NCBI GenBank assembly: GCA_965207375.1
Contig: CBDBMG010000003.1
Location: forward strand, 96,001-160,000
Origin: Nitrosopumilaceae archaeon
GTDB lineage: Archaea > Thermoproteota > Nitrososphaeria > Nitrososphaerales > Nitrosopumilaceae
Length of the DNA stretch: 64,000 nt
Direction of reading: 5' to 3'
Part shown: one piece after another, positions 33,286 to 47,828 of the stretch
Layout of the letters: the number at the start of each line of letters is the position of its first letter
Numbering within the stretch: position 1 is the stretch's first letter
Notes under the pieces: model-generated
What the model saw: only the letters and a program-made list of their open reading frames with translations
Told to the model about the DNA's origin: nothing
Databases searched by the model: none
Position numbers and translations under genes: made by a program

Positions 33286-34667
33286 AGCATCGAAATTCAA
33301 TAACGATATCATAAAAATAGGGTTGGTATACCTATACCATAACTACGTATTCAATGATTGATATCGGTGTCTGCTTTGACAAATGGTAGCTATTGCTGCA
33401 TAGTGGGGGATGCTCACCACGAGGAGGCCATGCTGGCTGCAGGGGAAATTGCTGGAGAGATAAACCAATTAGTGCTCATGATTTTAAATTTATTAGCATT
33501 TCTTTTGCTTTTAAGCAGTAAAACATTTGTTCATTAGTACAGATTAAAATAACCCTCTTATTGCAGATTTAGTTTCAATTCTTTTTACATCAAATTATTC
33601 TCCAGCATAATAGACACATGCTAGCTACTTTTGAAAAGAATCAAACTCCTTCTCAATTGTTTTACATAAAAATGATCATGCATTAATCACTGGATAATGA
33701 TATTAGTGGGTCATCATCACAGCCTACAATCCAAATGCACCTGACTCAGGGCATCCACAGTTAGCTCAAGAACAAGTTGCAGGTGCTAACTGTTAGCATA
33801 CACAAATTAGTGGCTGCAAAAAATTTAATTGTAGCTATGTATATACATTTTATGAATAATTGCTTATGCTACAAGTAGCTATTGGGTGCTAGCTAGTGGC
33901 TAACTAGCTATTACGTATGTGCAAAAAGAGATCACTTATGGGTAAATTAAATAATATACTTGGTTTAACTATTATAATTTGCCCAAATCTATAGCTATGT
34001 GTGTTAGCTAGCTGGTCTGCATGCAATCATCCTAGAAAATTAAACTCTTTCAAATTATGCTAGAGGAAAGGGATCAATGCTTGGTAGCTAATAATGATGT
34101 TGCCTGCACAAGGTGTTATTCACAGATGAGTTTAGAACAATCTTTCAGCCCTTCTTATTTCAGAGGAAATTGAAGTCCTCAGTTTATTAGAATAATGAGT
34201 CTGATTTATCCAACAGTGCAGATGGATCATCTTAACAATACTTCCGAGTCTAGTTTGTTCTCTGGAAGCATCCATATAAATTATATACAGCCACATTTGA
34301 AGTTACATGCATGCAATACGTATATAGCTACTAATGTTCATACCTTATGTTTTAATCTAGATTTGCGAAAAAGCCTAAGCTATAGAACTCTAAAATTGAA
34401 GAATTTCCTATCATCTGGCAAACATGAAGATATAAATTTCAACATACGTTATCTTAACCACATACATACGTAGCTAGCTCTTTAAAGTTGCACAATTAGA
34501 TGTGTGTATAAGACACTTTTACCATATCCAGTCAGTAATACATGGTGTTGGTCAACAAGTTACTTGCATTTGTAGCTAGCTACATACATGTAATTTTACA
34601 CAAAAATTAAAAGAGTCCTATTTGTTATAATAAAGGTCAGCTAGCTATAGTTTCACTGTCATCATAC

Positions 34668-36166
34668 TTAAACTTGGCCAAAGCCCACAGTGTTCAAAAT
34701 TGCCATTTACATTCTATCTTTAAAATTTAATTGTTCGTAGTCGACCAATGCCAGGGGTAGCCTAATGGCTAACGAACATGTTGAAGCTGTGGGTAAAGTA
34801 CAAGATTGATCTACTATGAACGTGATAGAGGGTCTGATGGGGAATCTCATTGGAGGTGGCTTAATAGCCCCTGTTGCAAATGCTAATATCTGTGTTGCAG
34901 TAACTTCAGATCCTATCAGAGAAACCAAACACAATCATTAAATGAACAAAAAATAGTTAACGGTTAACCTTGATCATAGATGTAATCCTTCCAATTCAAA
35001 ACAATGGCTTCTTCTTTTTCCCTCATGTTGCTTCCTTCATTAGACAATATTGGCAAAAAAAACTTTGTCTATAGATCATAGCCTGTCACAACTTTGGGTT
35101 GGTGAGTAAATAATTCTCTGCAGTGGGAAGGGTGAATTTTAAGAAGCTTTTCCATACCCAGCACATCAAGCCCTTCTTGGAATTGTTGAATTTCGTTGAT
35201 ACTTTTCATTATCAAATATTCAGTGCATACTGCATCTTTAATCTCTCTCAAATCTTCTAGTGTCACCTTCACAACTGGTTTGATGAATCCACAATCTCTT
35301 ATGTACTGTGCGTCATTTTCTAACAGCAGTTCCTGCAGCACTGCTGTTTCTTTTACTTGACAGGTCTAGTATCAATCATAATTAACATATTACACCAAAT
35401 AGGAGAAAAATATTTCATTAGCGACTATGGTGATGCCATACATAACTTGGTGATGTGTAGCTACATATAGGAAGGAGAAGGTACTAAAAGCTACTGAAAG
35501 TTAAGGGGCCACTTAGGTAAACTGAAGTGATTTTCTATTGCAAAAATTGAATTCTTATGGAGAGTCTTAAAATTTAATAGGGGTGATGGCCCCCTGGCCT
35601 TCCTATTTATATTTCCTATGCACATAGTCATAATATAATCACATACCTTCAACAGATGCTCTTTAATTAAATCGTCTGCTATGTCATCAACTTTTGAAAC
35701 AATTTTTCCTGAGCACAGCCCATAACATAGGTAACTGTACACAATTTCAGAAAGACAATCAAAGCCCAGGCCACCATTGGCCAAAAACAGTGCGACAAAC
35801 ATTCCAGCAAGAAAAAATTTTCTTTTCCTGATTCCGTCAACATTCTGCATAAAGGATCTAGCACTTGTGGGTCCATGAAAAATTGTTGAATCTTCAGCCA
35901 TTTTTGATAGAGCCAGTGAAAAGAACTCTCGTCTGGGACCACCCTCATCTATTTCAGCCTCTCCAATAAATGTCACATGTATGGGAACAAGTGGATTAAA
36001 AGATGCTTTTGATAGTGATCGTAAAGCATCACTCCAAATGTGGTTACGTCGTATATGTATGTTATTGAACTCTTCGTAATCAGCATCTTCAATTGGCTGA
36101 AATCCAGGCATTGCTCCAAAGTGGTTTTTTAAAATATTCTATAGAGACAAACTCGCACTATCATCC
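34668..36166 (-). pseudogene. G2E3-like HECT E3 ubiquitin ligase, decayed; exons ~36166-35647, 35365-34969, ~34911-34668
   Basis: VTFIGEAEIDEGGPRREFF, QQFQEGLDVLG, EGSNMREKEE, ILAFATGA..PP, LPTASTC (catalytic Cys), GFGQV*; premature stops and a frameshift near 35070. Confidence 0.88.
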
Positions 36167-36473
36167 CTAGATATCACATGAAGATTGGATAGTATAGTAG
36201 CTACCTAGCTATATAGCTAGAATACTAATGACTATAACTAGATATATATACTGGTATTTTGTATAATATAATAGCTCCCTCAAATAGTGATATCACAAAA
36301 TATTTGTAAATGAGCTTTTATCCATATTATCCGTATCCATGTAGCTAGCTAATTATATCAGTACCCATATTATTATCATATAGCTATAGTGCAAATATTT
36401 AATGGATGAATCAACTTTGATGAAATTTTACACTTAACCATTAAACTTTTGTGCTATATGCATACATAAACTA

Positions 36474-36702
36474 CCGTATAGGGGTAAGTTTCGATGGGCG
36501 AAACTTTTGTGGTTTTTGCGGTTTCAAACACAACCGCGAAAGTTTCGCCGCTAAACAAGCACCTTAAAGATATTTAGCTATGTACTCGGCTACTACAAAT
36601 ATATAAGCTCCTTTCTACTGGAACGCCAAGGTTTTACCACGAATATGCTTGGAAGGCCTCTACCGCGAAAGTTTTGCCCAGCAAAACTTACCCCCTATAC
36701 GG
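36474..36702. mobile_element. TA-flanked CCGTATA MITE
   Basis: ta-ccgtataggggtaagttt ... aaacttaccccctatacgg-ta. Confidence 0.8.
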
Positions 36703-36875
36703 TATTCTGATAATTCCATAGTATATAACCAAGTTATCCATGAATTATCCTAATAAAAACAATTTGGATGTAAAAGCGGTGTATAATTATGCATTTGACC
36801 AAAAGAGGCCAAGAAGGTCTTTATAAAATCCTTTAAGCTACTTGAATGACAGTTACAGTAGTTTATAGGGTATTT

Positions 36876-37088
36876 GTGACTGGCTCTACAAAAATCAATC
36901 ATACATGTGAGCACAATTTGTGCCTTGATAGATACGTATTTGTGAATATTTGTTGTTCTAATAGGATTAGGAGCATTTACATTCTGTAAATTTGAAATAA
37001 TTCTCTGCATTAAAATTAATTGTTGTGCAACTATGTAGCTAGGGATTCTTTATGTGCTCGAATGGTTGATTTTTGCAGAGATGGTCAC
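36876..37088. mobile_element. Sola1-like MITE (TSD ATTT)
   Basis: gtgac..caaaaatcaatcat / atggttgatttttgcagagatggtcac; ATTT flanks; related to 6548-6797. Confidence 0.7.
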
Positions 37089-37607
37089 ATTTTGATTGTC
37101 TTTTTCACCTGGCCATTTAGCATATCACTACATTTTGTAACTAAGTGTAAGCAGATACATAACATTTTAAATTTTGAAAAACTAAAGTTTACAGACTTTT
37201 CAAAGATTGATACATACATCGATATTATTATTTTGTGTATATTTTATTTAAATAATTCGACGGTAGGGTCTGAAATTTGTGAGAATAATCAACCAACAGT
37301 GTAGAAATACATTCAAGTGCATGCCTCTGGCTGAAAATTGATTCACAGGTAGAGTAGAGAAGTGCTAACACAAGTTTGGTTGAAATCCATGAATGAATAA
37401 GCAAGTTACATATTAGACAAACAAATGTATGAAGAAATAGAGTATCTCCCTTGGGTTCATGCAAGCCCACAGAAACCCCCCTGAAAAGTGTATATACATG
37501 CAATAAAACAAAGAAAAATTGAGAAAAACTACAATGTTTAACTATTTGATGAATAACCAGTTGTTTAGTTTAGCCATAGCAAATTAACAATGTTCATGTT
37601 TGTACAG

Positions 37608-39245
37608 ACATGATAACAAGAATGTTAAAGACGATTTATTCAGAGAGAGGTATGAGCGAAAAAGTAAAGGAAGAAACAACATTCATGCTCTTTTTGGATT
37701 TATTGCATGAATATGAAGGTAATTTCATTATAATTATAATGCAGAAAGTATTTCAGACATACATTTCCGGTAACAATAATGGTGATTTCTTCAATTTTGT
37801 TGTACTACTGCATACCTTCCTCACTTTAGAACTTTCAGTAGTCACTATCAGCTAAAATTGACTGAACTGAGTGTATTAGGTTTTAGCCACATCTGAGTAC
37901 ATCCCTTTCAGAGGTGGTTCTGGCAACTAGGGACTGGTCAAGCCAACTGAAGCTCCCAATCCACTCCAAAAAGGAATGCACAAAAATATTAGAATACATT
38001 GTGTTTTAGGGCTAATCATATAACTCATGATATCTAAATACTAATAAAACAGCATATAGCTACATAATATATAAATTAACATACATCTTGCCTCCGTTGG
38101 TAACTGAGGCATAGACTTCTAATGAAGTAGCAGCTGAAGGGCACGCAATCGCGAATGATTCCATCTTTTAACATAATCACATGATACGGGTGTGCAATAA
38201 AAAGATATTGGTAATCAATGTATATATATTAAAGAACTGCTTTTGAAAGGCAATTATATAATTAGTTGATAGCTTTTGTATAGTGCGGATTTTTAGTTGG
38301 TAAATATATACTTAACTATAAGAAAATGCAAAAAGTGGACCGGCCCAAACCGTACCAGCCAGTATGCCAGAGCCGCCCCTGCCTTTAGTACTTTCCTTTA
38401 TTTTAAAATGGCTTAGTAGCTACAGATAAAAATAGAAAACCTATTAGCTACACGGCAAAAAAATAAATAATATTTACCACCTATTAATTTTTATAACTTT
38501 TGTAGACTTATTTTTACTCATGTTTGCATTATTCTACTGATCTATTTTCATTATCCAACACAGCATATTCTACTACCTTAAAATATTGCTTAATATAAAG
38601 AAATCTATATTAAACACCCATAGCTGTGTAGGTCTGTTTTTGTGAAAGAGGGGGTAGTTGAAAATGAAAAACTTGAGTCAAAGAAAAGAGCTTAGAATAG
38701 CTATAACTAGTTACACCCAGTAGCTTATTAGGGATTTTTCTAGGGGGCATTTTGCCCCTTCTGAAAATGGCTTTGCCCACCTGAGTTATCCTCACTTACA
38801 TACTTGCACTTAGTCAACAGCTTGACTCGACAGTCAGCATATATACTTGAATTTGCCCCTCCTGAACTTAGCTATTTACTAGAAAAATCCCTGCTCATGT
38901 TAAAGCACATCTAATATCAAGTGGTCTTAGAAATGCAATGTAACAACAGCATATTTAATTTACGCATTAGTAAAATGTTAAGACTAATAATTAACTAATT
39001 AGACTTATTTAATTTCATTGTTACTATGTTGCAGACAATGAGAATTGTGACTTGATGCTAAGTCAAGTTTTGAGTTTCTTCACTGGCGCAGAGTATCCGC
39101 CACCACTTGGATTCGACACAGATCCAACTATAAGATTTTGTAATTCATTGGAATTCCCTACTGAATCCACGTATGCCCTGGAAATGACGATACCCACAAA
39201 ATATCATGATTCTCCGCAGGATTTCCATGATAAAATGTTATATAA
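37608..39245 (+). pseudogene. Second G2E3-like HECT C-terminal fragment; exons 37608-37718 and 39035-~39245
   Basis: YSERGMSEKVKEETTFMLF, VLSFFTGAEYPPPLGF, FPTESTYAL (Tyr at the catalytic-Cys position); lacks the GFG terminus. Confidence 0.8.
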
Positions 39246-41342
39246 TCTATCAAACCTATTTACAGTTTTACACACCAGCTGCTTATCGATGTTTCATTAT
39301 AAGCGCCTGCTCCAAGCTGGGCTCGTATTATCAGACAGCTATCGCGTCAATTGGTCCGGCTAACAAGATATCCTTACTTTGGCATCATCAATGTATTAAT
39401 TACAATTGCTTATGCATGTTGTTTGCCAAAGTAGGAATTAAACCTTGTAGATGTGCTATACTTGTGTCCTTACTTTCTATGTCGATCCCTATATACTTAC
39501 CTTTTAAATTCAAAATTATATAAGATGTTATACATATATACATAAGCACCCAATATTACCCAAATTATAACTTGTTGTTCACAATAATTATCACATTTGA
39601 CCAGTGGTTTTCAGTTGGCCTTGGTCCCTCAGTAATGTTAAGTCATACAGGTATTGTAGAGTCCATTAATCAAAGTGTAAGCAATAATCCATATTTGCTC
39701 AGGCACTTGCAATGCAGATTGTGGCCCAGCGAAGTGCTAATTAGGTATTACATCATCTTAATTAATTTCTGGATTCCTATCTTAATTATGTATGGCAGGT
39801 CATCTCCATAGCAACACTTTAAATTGGCTATACCATATATATACAGAGCTTTTCTAAATTAAGTACTTTCACAGGGGTGTGCCGAGGGGAGTTTCAGGAA
39901 ACTCCCTTTGGATTTTATTAGCAGTTAGAATTTTGAACCACGGTCAATCTAAGACTTATAACCAAGAGTTTATAATATTATAAAAATATATATGTGACTG
40001 GCTTTGGGAACTGAAAGCCTCCACCTTCGCACAAAAAGTGAATTCAATTTTATTGCACAAGACAATAGCTACACTAAAGACATATCTATACACAGTGTCT
40101 CTACTGTCCAATGTTAATTGGTCTGCTTTTCTGGAGGGCACTTTGCCGACCCTGTGATGTCATGGTTAAGAGAATGGTGCCTCTGGAGGGCACCAGTTGG
40201 GGAGCCATGAGCTGAAACTGCTGCCATTGCTCCGTGGACTTCTTCTCGGCATGGTAGGTGCCTTGTGGCTATCCCAGGTGGCCATAGCTACTCCAAAGTG
40301 TCTCTATGGAGGTTTAGCCTCCTCCCTCCCCACCACCCACTCACATGCTTTGTTGGCCTTATATTAATGCCCACCTGAAAAATCGTCTGAAAAGCACTGA
40401 AAATTGACCACCAGCCATTAATAAGGTTAGCTATATGTAAGTTAGTAGATTACTATGTTTATTGTTGCCAATACAAGACGGCCAACTACTGGCGGTAGGG
40501 TGTTTGAATTGGCAGAATATTTTAAAATGGTATTTTTTGAAATATTACCACACATATATTATGAACTCCTGCTAATTACAAGGTGACTTCTAATGTACAT
40601 GTAATTAGATGAAAACATCTGTGAAACTAAAGATACCATATGGCTATAACTTCATCAGAAAAGTACAGGTAACTAATACTTTTATAATATAGTAATTAAG
40701 TGGTAACTAGTTACTAAGCTGGTTTTGGGAAAGCATCTTGTAATCACTAGCTGGCTTTGTTACAATCAGTAGGTTATGAACCAGACTGAACAGCAAAGAT
40801 AGGTTGCAAGGGCGGGGGAACCCAGGGGCTATTTAAATGATCAGGACAGTATGGGCATTTCTAGAGTGACAGTAAAATAGGGGGCACATGCCTCCTAGTA
40901 CCCCCTTTCCATTGTCTATGATAGGTTGTGGAGCAAGAGATTGCCAGTTGCCTGTTACTGCTTTGGTTAGTGATAAGACTATAAACTTACAAACTAACAA
41001 AAAGCCTCTAGTGATACTAATGCAGTTATAATAGTTATTTAATAGCAAGTTACTTGATAAGTGTCCACAACAGGAATAGACAACTCATGAGAGGCATGCG
41101 TATTGGATTATGAAAGCACTGGTCCACTTCAATTATTGCTATTGATATAAAGCATGACGGCCAACAACCCCAATGTTATGTTCCGTGAATGAAGTTGAAC
41201 ATCCATGTGCAATTAACAGCTTCCATAAACACTTCAATGCAAACTAAGTTTTCATACCTTGTCCAAAAAAATTTGCACTCAAAGCTACTGTTCATATTAA
41301 ATTTTATGATTTTTAATCATCATGTACATATATTACATACTT

Positions 41343-42835
41343 CTAAGAAAGTGATGTGCATGTGTGTACAAAAGAACATACAGTAGTGAATAATGATAGT
41401 CCACCATCTTCAGATTCTTCTAATGGATTTACCAAGTTTGTCAAAGTAATCATATCACATGAATTCAAAGGTACATGGGTGACAGGTATGGTCACCACAT
41501 CAATATCATTATCAACGACTGCTGGTCCCTCCCAGTCAATGCCATAACAATCCTAGAGATTATATGTGGATAAAAGTATTTAAGTATGTGTGGAAGTTAA
41601 CTTACTAAAGAATTTTCCATGAGACCTTGTACAGCATGGTCATCATTACATCTCTCCACAACACCTGTGATCCACAATTGAAATGGACTACAATTTCTTG
41701 CTGTACGTAAACGATGATGACTATAGGAATTCTGGAATATATGAAGTGCATAGTTAAAATGTGGTAAATATATATAGTGCAATGCAAAGAGATCAACTTC
41801 ACTACCAGGGTCCAAAAGGTTTCTGTCTTCTAACATGTAAAATAAGTTGTAAAAATATGAAATACAACCAGAGAATAAATCACGCCAAAAGCATTCAATC
41901 CGTTGATTGTGTACGCTACGACCAGTGATACAACTCCCACGACCAGGTCCTCGGTCTGGGTGGGTAAGCATAAACTGTGATACCATCACATTCTCCCCTC
42001 CACGATCACACCTTACCCTTGATGGTAATCCATACAACTGCACAGCCTTTAAAAAATGTTGCAACACAGTTTCAGCTCTATTGTTTGAAGAGGCACCAAG
42101 GTATACAGGTAACCTACTAAAACCGTCACCGGCTCCATGAATGATAATCCGCCATCTTATAAGTCGATGTAGCCCATCAATATGCCACAAGCTATTTGGC
42201 ATTGCCACACTGTATTTCCTTCGATGGAGGCTTTGCCTCAGACACTCACAGACTCCGCTAGGATCAACTCTCATTAGACTGTTCCGAAGCTTGTAACGTT
42301 GAATTCGCAATTCTAAACTTCTTAGGTATCCTTCAAGTGATCTCTGACCCGAAAAGGGGTGCATTGTTACGAACTGCTGAGTGAAGATATCCAATTCACG
42401 ATCACTTATATCACTATAACATGTTTCACTATCCAAACCATACTCAGTTATTCTTCTCCTGATAATTCTTGGCGAAACATTAAACAATTGTGCAATCGCT
42501 GTCTTTGTGAAATGATGTTCTAACAGTAATGATAAGTGTTCTTCCGACACTGGGATTATGGGCCGTCCTCTTAAACGACAACGATGGCACTCGTCAATTG
42601 AACTCTGTATGGCTCGAGCAATTCCTACTGAGGATTCAATTAAAGCATCTCCGTACCCAAGCAAGAGGTCTTCAACAGATACTATATCTTTAAGGAGTTT
42701 TTCTGCTTGTAATAGCAATTCCCGTAATCCCTCTTCATTCATTTCACTCTCAAATTGTGAATGGCTCACAGCCATCCTCGTTACAACTTGTTCAATCTCA
42801 TCAAGGAAATCACGTAGTATTGTAACATCAGCCAT
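41343..42835 (-). CDS. Integrase-core (DDE) transposase, IS3/IS481-like eukaryotic type (IS3EU-like); exons 42835-41606 and 41552-41343, ~479 aa
   Basis: GRP + HTH ([15 protein letters not shown]), [30 protein letters not shown]; 53-nt GT-AG intron restores YGIDWEGP C-terminus; no stops. Confidence 0.9.
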
Positions 42836-43619
42836 TTCAATTATCTAAGGATGCATGGTCCCTAGTTTACGGACCTGATCAGACCGGACCACATTGTAGC
42901 ACCTATTACCACGTGATCACCTACACCTATCACCTGAAGCTGCGCCTATCACCTAATCTGGCGTAGCTGCGAGGACCATCTTCTATTAAAGGTAATCCTG
43001 GCAGATTATGTTTCTAAATGTATCTTCAACAAAAGTATAACGCTTCAAAAGCGAGTTCGAAAGAGCAAAGCAAAGTTAACAGCTACAAAAGGTTAAGAAT
43101 TAAAGCGACCCAAGGAAGAACATACAGAAGCATTCACCGCAGGAAAAATAAAGAAAAGGGCCAAGGAGAACTGAGCAAAACGCATCAGTACAAACGATAA
43201 TAGACGAGATACAGTCTAATATTTATATTGATGATATGCATGATGGAAACTAATGGTTTACCGTCGTTACGGAGCCACAGCCAACGAGGAGACATCTCTA
43301 GAAACAACCGATGCTGATGGGTTTAGTTGAAAATGTGGAACATTCAAGTTAGGTCTCACTGCTGAGCGCTGACAGCCAGGATACCATCCACTGGACCAGC
43401 CATTACCAGCAATCAGCTGGGATGCACGAAGAAAATATAAGTACTACAGAGTATCACCTGTTTTCAAAGGGGCAAGCCTGAGCACCCCCCACCAGCATAC
43501 AATTTGGCGATTAGAAATGGTTCCATTGTCCATGCACAAAAACGACACTATCAGATGGAGATGATTGTTGCATGTGCCACCCTCTTTAACTAATGGAATG
43601 TAGTGGTTCATAATCAAAC

Positions 43620-44350
43620 AAACGTCTAACCAATTGCGCAAAAGACTGGTCTGCTTACTTTGACCTGAAAGACTCTCTCAACAGGAGTGCCGCACAGCAT
43701 TTAACAAATATGTATCTAAGTTTATTGATGATAACAATATCACTAAGAAACTGTGGTCCTTTGTTAAAAACAGAAAGCAGGATTGTAGCTATTGGTATTG
43801 GACCATTTGAATATCAGGGCTCAACAATCACTGATTCATTGTCTAAAGCAAATGCTCTTACTAACTATTTCTCTTCAATTTATACTAGTGAGGATGCCAC
43901 TAATGTTCCAGTTTTAGAAGGAAACCCCCTTCCCGATATTCCACCAATTCACATCCATGCTGATGGAGTAGCTCAATTTCTTCTTAATCTAAAGTTTCAC
44001 AAAGCTGCTGGCCCGGATAATTTTCCATCTTACTTTTTAAAAGAAGTTGCCAATGAAATTGCTCCAGCTCTTTCTCTAATTTTCAAGCTTCGTTGAACCA
44101 AAGAACTTTACCTGACATATGGAAGTCTGCTTTGGTGGTGCCAGTATATAAGAAAGGAAACAAAAAGGACCCTGGCAATTATTGCCCGGTTTCACTAACT
44201 TGTATATGCTCAAAAATTATGGAACACATTATCTATTCTTGTTTGTTTGATCATCTGAGCATTACGAGATGAACAACATGGTTTTCGTCGGCACAGGAGT
44301 TGTGAGACCCAGTTAATCTCAACTGTACATGACCTTGCCCTATGTTTAAT
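43620..44350 (+). mobile_element. Non-LTR retrotransposon RT fragment, frameshifted
   Basis: KANALTNYFSSIY, KAAGPD, LKEVANEIAPALSLIF, W..A.VVPVYKKG, PVSLTCICSKIMEHI, QHGFR..RSCETQL. Confidence 0.9.
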
Positions 44351-47300
44351 TTCACGATATGAATAAATATTGTGCTAGCATGAAAGATTAAACTCTGAAC
44401 AGACTACATTCTATAGATAGTTATTTTACACATAAATAACTCTAGCTAAAAGGTTTTAAGCCAACATTTGCTGTCAGTGAACATCAGTTTTATGACTCTA
44501 GTAATCATATTAATGGTATCTACAGCCATTTTATTCATTCTTAACAAGAATTAACACAATAAATATTGATACACGATATTTCAATGTTAAGGTAAATCCA
44601 ATAAATTGTCTGACAAATATCACAATATCGATTAAATATTGTAATATTGCCCAGCACTACTGTACGGTAGCACAAAATTTAGTTATATACATATTTGAGC
44701 CTAAGATTGGTACTATTCCAGATTTATTTTATATGACGTATGATAAATGTTGCACTATCATGATCTAAGTTTCAGTACATCCTTGACACTATCGTTTATA
44801 AAGTAATAACACTCCCATTTCTATAAGCATGCCACGTAGAATTTACCGATACTTCAAATACCAAGTACTGGTATTAAATGTATACACAAGTACAAATACT
44901 GATGCTTATAAAGGGTAACACTCTAAAATATCTGAAAAGTTATGTGGGTATTATGGCAATGCCTCTAGGGTGTCAAAGTGTGCTGACCTATAGGGTGTAA
45001 AATTTAATGTCAACACCCTAATGGTGCCCAGTAATGGTCATTAACACCTGGTGTGCTCACAACACCCTTACCAAATAGTGCAAAAGTTTGACGGTGGAAA
45101 ACTGATGAGTTTGACAAATGGCTAGCGATTTGTTAAAGTTTTCCCTTCCAATCTCTTCTTCTCTTAATGCTTCTCCTTTGAAACTCATGATCACAAGCAA
45201 CTATTTGTTGAAGTTTTGCTTGTCAAAGTTTTGTGAACGCTTCATTTGTCAAAGTTTTCCCTGTCAATCTTTTGCACTATATGGTAAGCGACCTGTGAAA
45301 AGAAAGGGTCTGGCACCCAAGACTAAAATTTCCTATGGGTCTCACAGTTTTTTCACCTATCATAAAATCCTTTGATCTCGTGGGGAAGATAACATATAAG
45401 ATTTTTTGTGTCGAGGGATTGACAGCCCTGCAGAACAGCAAGAGAAATGTCGCTAACCAAATAGCCAGCTATCTACCGATCTGGAGATATTAACTCAGTA
45501 GCTGGTAGAGTATATCTACGTATATAGATGTACACCTCTCTATTATGCTTCTGAAATTTTGTTTGTATCAGTTGTGTTTTGCAGTCATATTCCCTGAATA
45601 TTATTAGTCTATGCTCCAGAAATCTCTTTGTAGCTACATGGCACTATGACATCTTTATTTACTTTACGCAGAAACACATTGAATTTGTGACAGTGCTTTA
45701 GGTTCACATACAAAATTAACAAAATACGTAGTGTTTTACATTGTTTAACGTGTTGAAATAGTCCATGCAATCAGTACAACTATTATGTAATCCTGTAAAG
45801 TAGGCATGCTAATGATGGGAGTGCAACGTTGCATTAAATAATACAAGGAATTTTAGCTATAGTTAGCTACGTGAGTGAGTATGCACCTGACTCCACGTAT
45901 CTGGCAATACAAACCTGCAGTGAAACTAAAGTGTATATGTAGCACGCTGTAACCAACCTTTGAAATCTTATACATCATGCACGCCTTAAAATCGAATTGT
46001 GTGAGCATAGTGATTATATGTAGTTTAAATAAACAATCAATTATAATTGTATTAAAATTAATTAACAACCATGCAAGTAGCTAATAAAAAGATATTATTG
46101 TGGTCAAAATTTTTGAAATTACCTTCTAGTAACCTCAAGCTTGTTAAGTGGAACCTGTCAATGTGGACACCTGCATAATCCATCCACCCAAGGTAGCCCT
46201 TTAGCTCATATGTTGACCTATAGCTACAGAAAACCAGGACACTTTAATTTTAGTTGATCCTAAGTACACACAGTAAGTACCTACATATGTAACTATGTAT
46301 GTGATGCATGGCAGCAGTGTGAAGACAATTGCAAGATACTGTTTATTGATATGTTGACAAAATGAGCAGCAGACTGCTATTGATTAAAATATAGACAGTT
46401 TACTGCATAAGCTAAGCATTTCATCTTGTATGTACCACAATATTTATTGAAAGTTTATCTATACAACTATAGCTACGTATATACGTATGCTTGTGACCAA
46501 GTCTGCAAAAATAGGTCTTATTTGCACATCCAGTTTTATGAATTTGAAGAGATATAACTCATCCTGTGGACAAGGTATAGGCACACAAATTTGACACAAG
46601 AGAGACTAAGCGTACGACTATAAATGTTGTAAAATTTGGATTGTTAGCTAAATTTATTGTTCTGCTATTTGTATAGATAACTAGTAAGACATGCATCCCT
46701 GCTGAGTTAATTACTGTGTCATTCCTTCCAGGCTGCTTATCCACTGAAGTATCCTAGCAATGCATGTCTTACAATGGCTTGGGTGTCTTAAATTATAAGT
46801 AAGACACCTGTATTAGGTGTCTTCACAAATAAAACACCTACATAAATACCTCGCACCTATTATAATTATGCTTTTAAAATTGCCTATTATGCTTGGAGCA
46901 ATGCTCCCCATCATACTCCAATTATGCTCCATAAATATCATTACGCTCAAGAATTCAACATTAATTTTACTTTCTTCCATCTTATCTTAATTGCTAATCT
47001 TACTTGTTGCTATTTTCTAGCTAGTTCCTCTAGAGTGTGAAATTTCTTGTACAAAAGAGCTATTTACATAGTCATTTTAATTATTTTTAGTGGCACCCAA
47101 TACCTATACCATCTAAAAGGTACAGTGTACGTATGTGTGTATTAATAACTTTGTGGATGTTATAAATGATTTGAGTATGCAGCATGGCAGCTTACGCTGG
47201 AAATTTTGCCTATTATATATGCCAACATTATGCTCAATTGGCGCAAACCTACTTCTCATACGTACATCAACGCATTCTTAACATGCCATTGTTTAGAAAT

Positions 47301-47828
47301 TTACATTAATAGATACATATCACACACACATTGATTACAAAATTATTCCATATAGTGGTTTTTGTTTGCGAGTTCCTAATTTTATAATTTTTGCAAAATT
47401 TGCAAGGCATCACAAGATAGCAAATTTAAACTGAAGATTTTTGTATGTACATAGCTGTATGCAGTTTGCAAATTTAATAATAGTAAATATTACTGCTTGA
47501 CTAGAAAATCAACGATTCACAAATAAAACTCGCTATACAGTACTGCCCTTTTCCTACTAGGGCTGCAGTAATTATGCTATAAACATGTTATGGCATTTCG
47601 CAAGTAAATATAAATTGATATACGTAGCTACACTAATAGAACAGTAAAATATTTAGTAAAGCTATACAATTTTGAGCATAATTACCTTAGCCCTATTTCC
47701 TATTGATATCTTTATTGTTTCAATTAATGTATCTATAATCCAAACTAAAATCAAACATTTATGCCTAATAAAATGTTACGTACTTTCAAACTAAAACGCA
47801 ACTGTTAAGAAACTCAATAGTCAATTAA

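Noticed and set aside
33400-34280. Exon-like + strand fragments facing the HECT pseudogene
   Set aside because: Multiple stops and no recognisable domain
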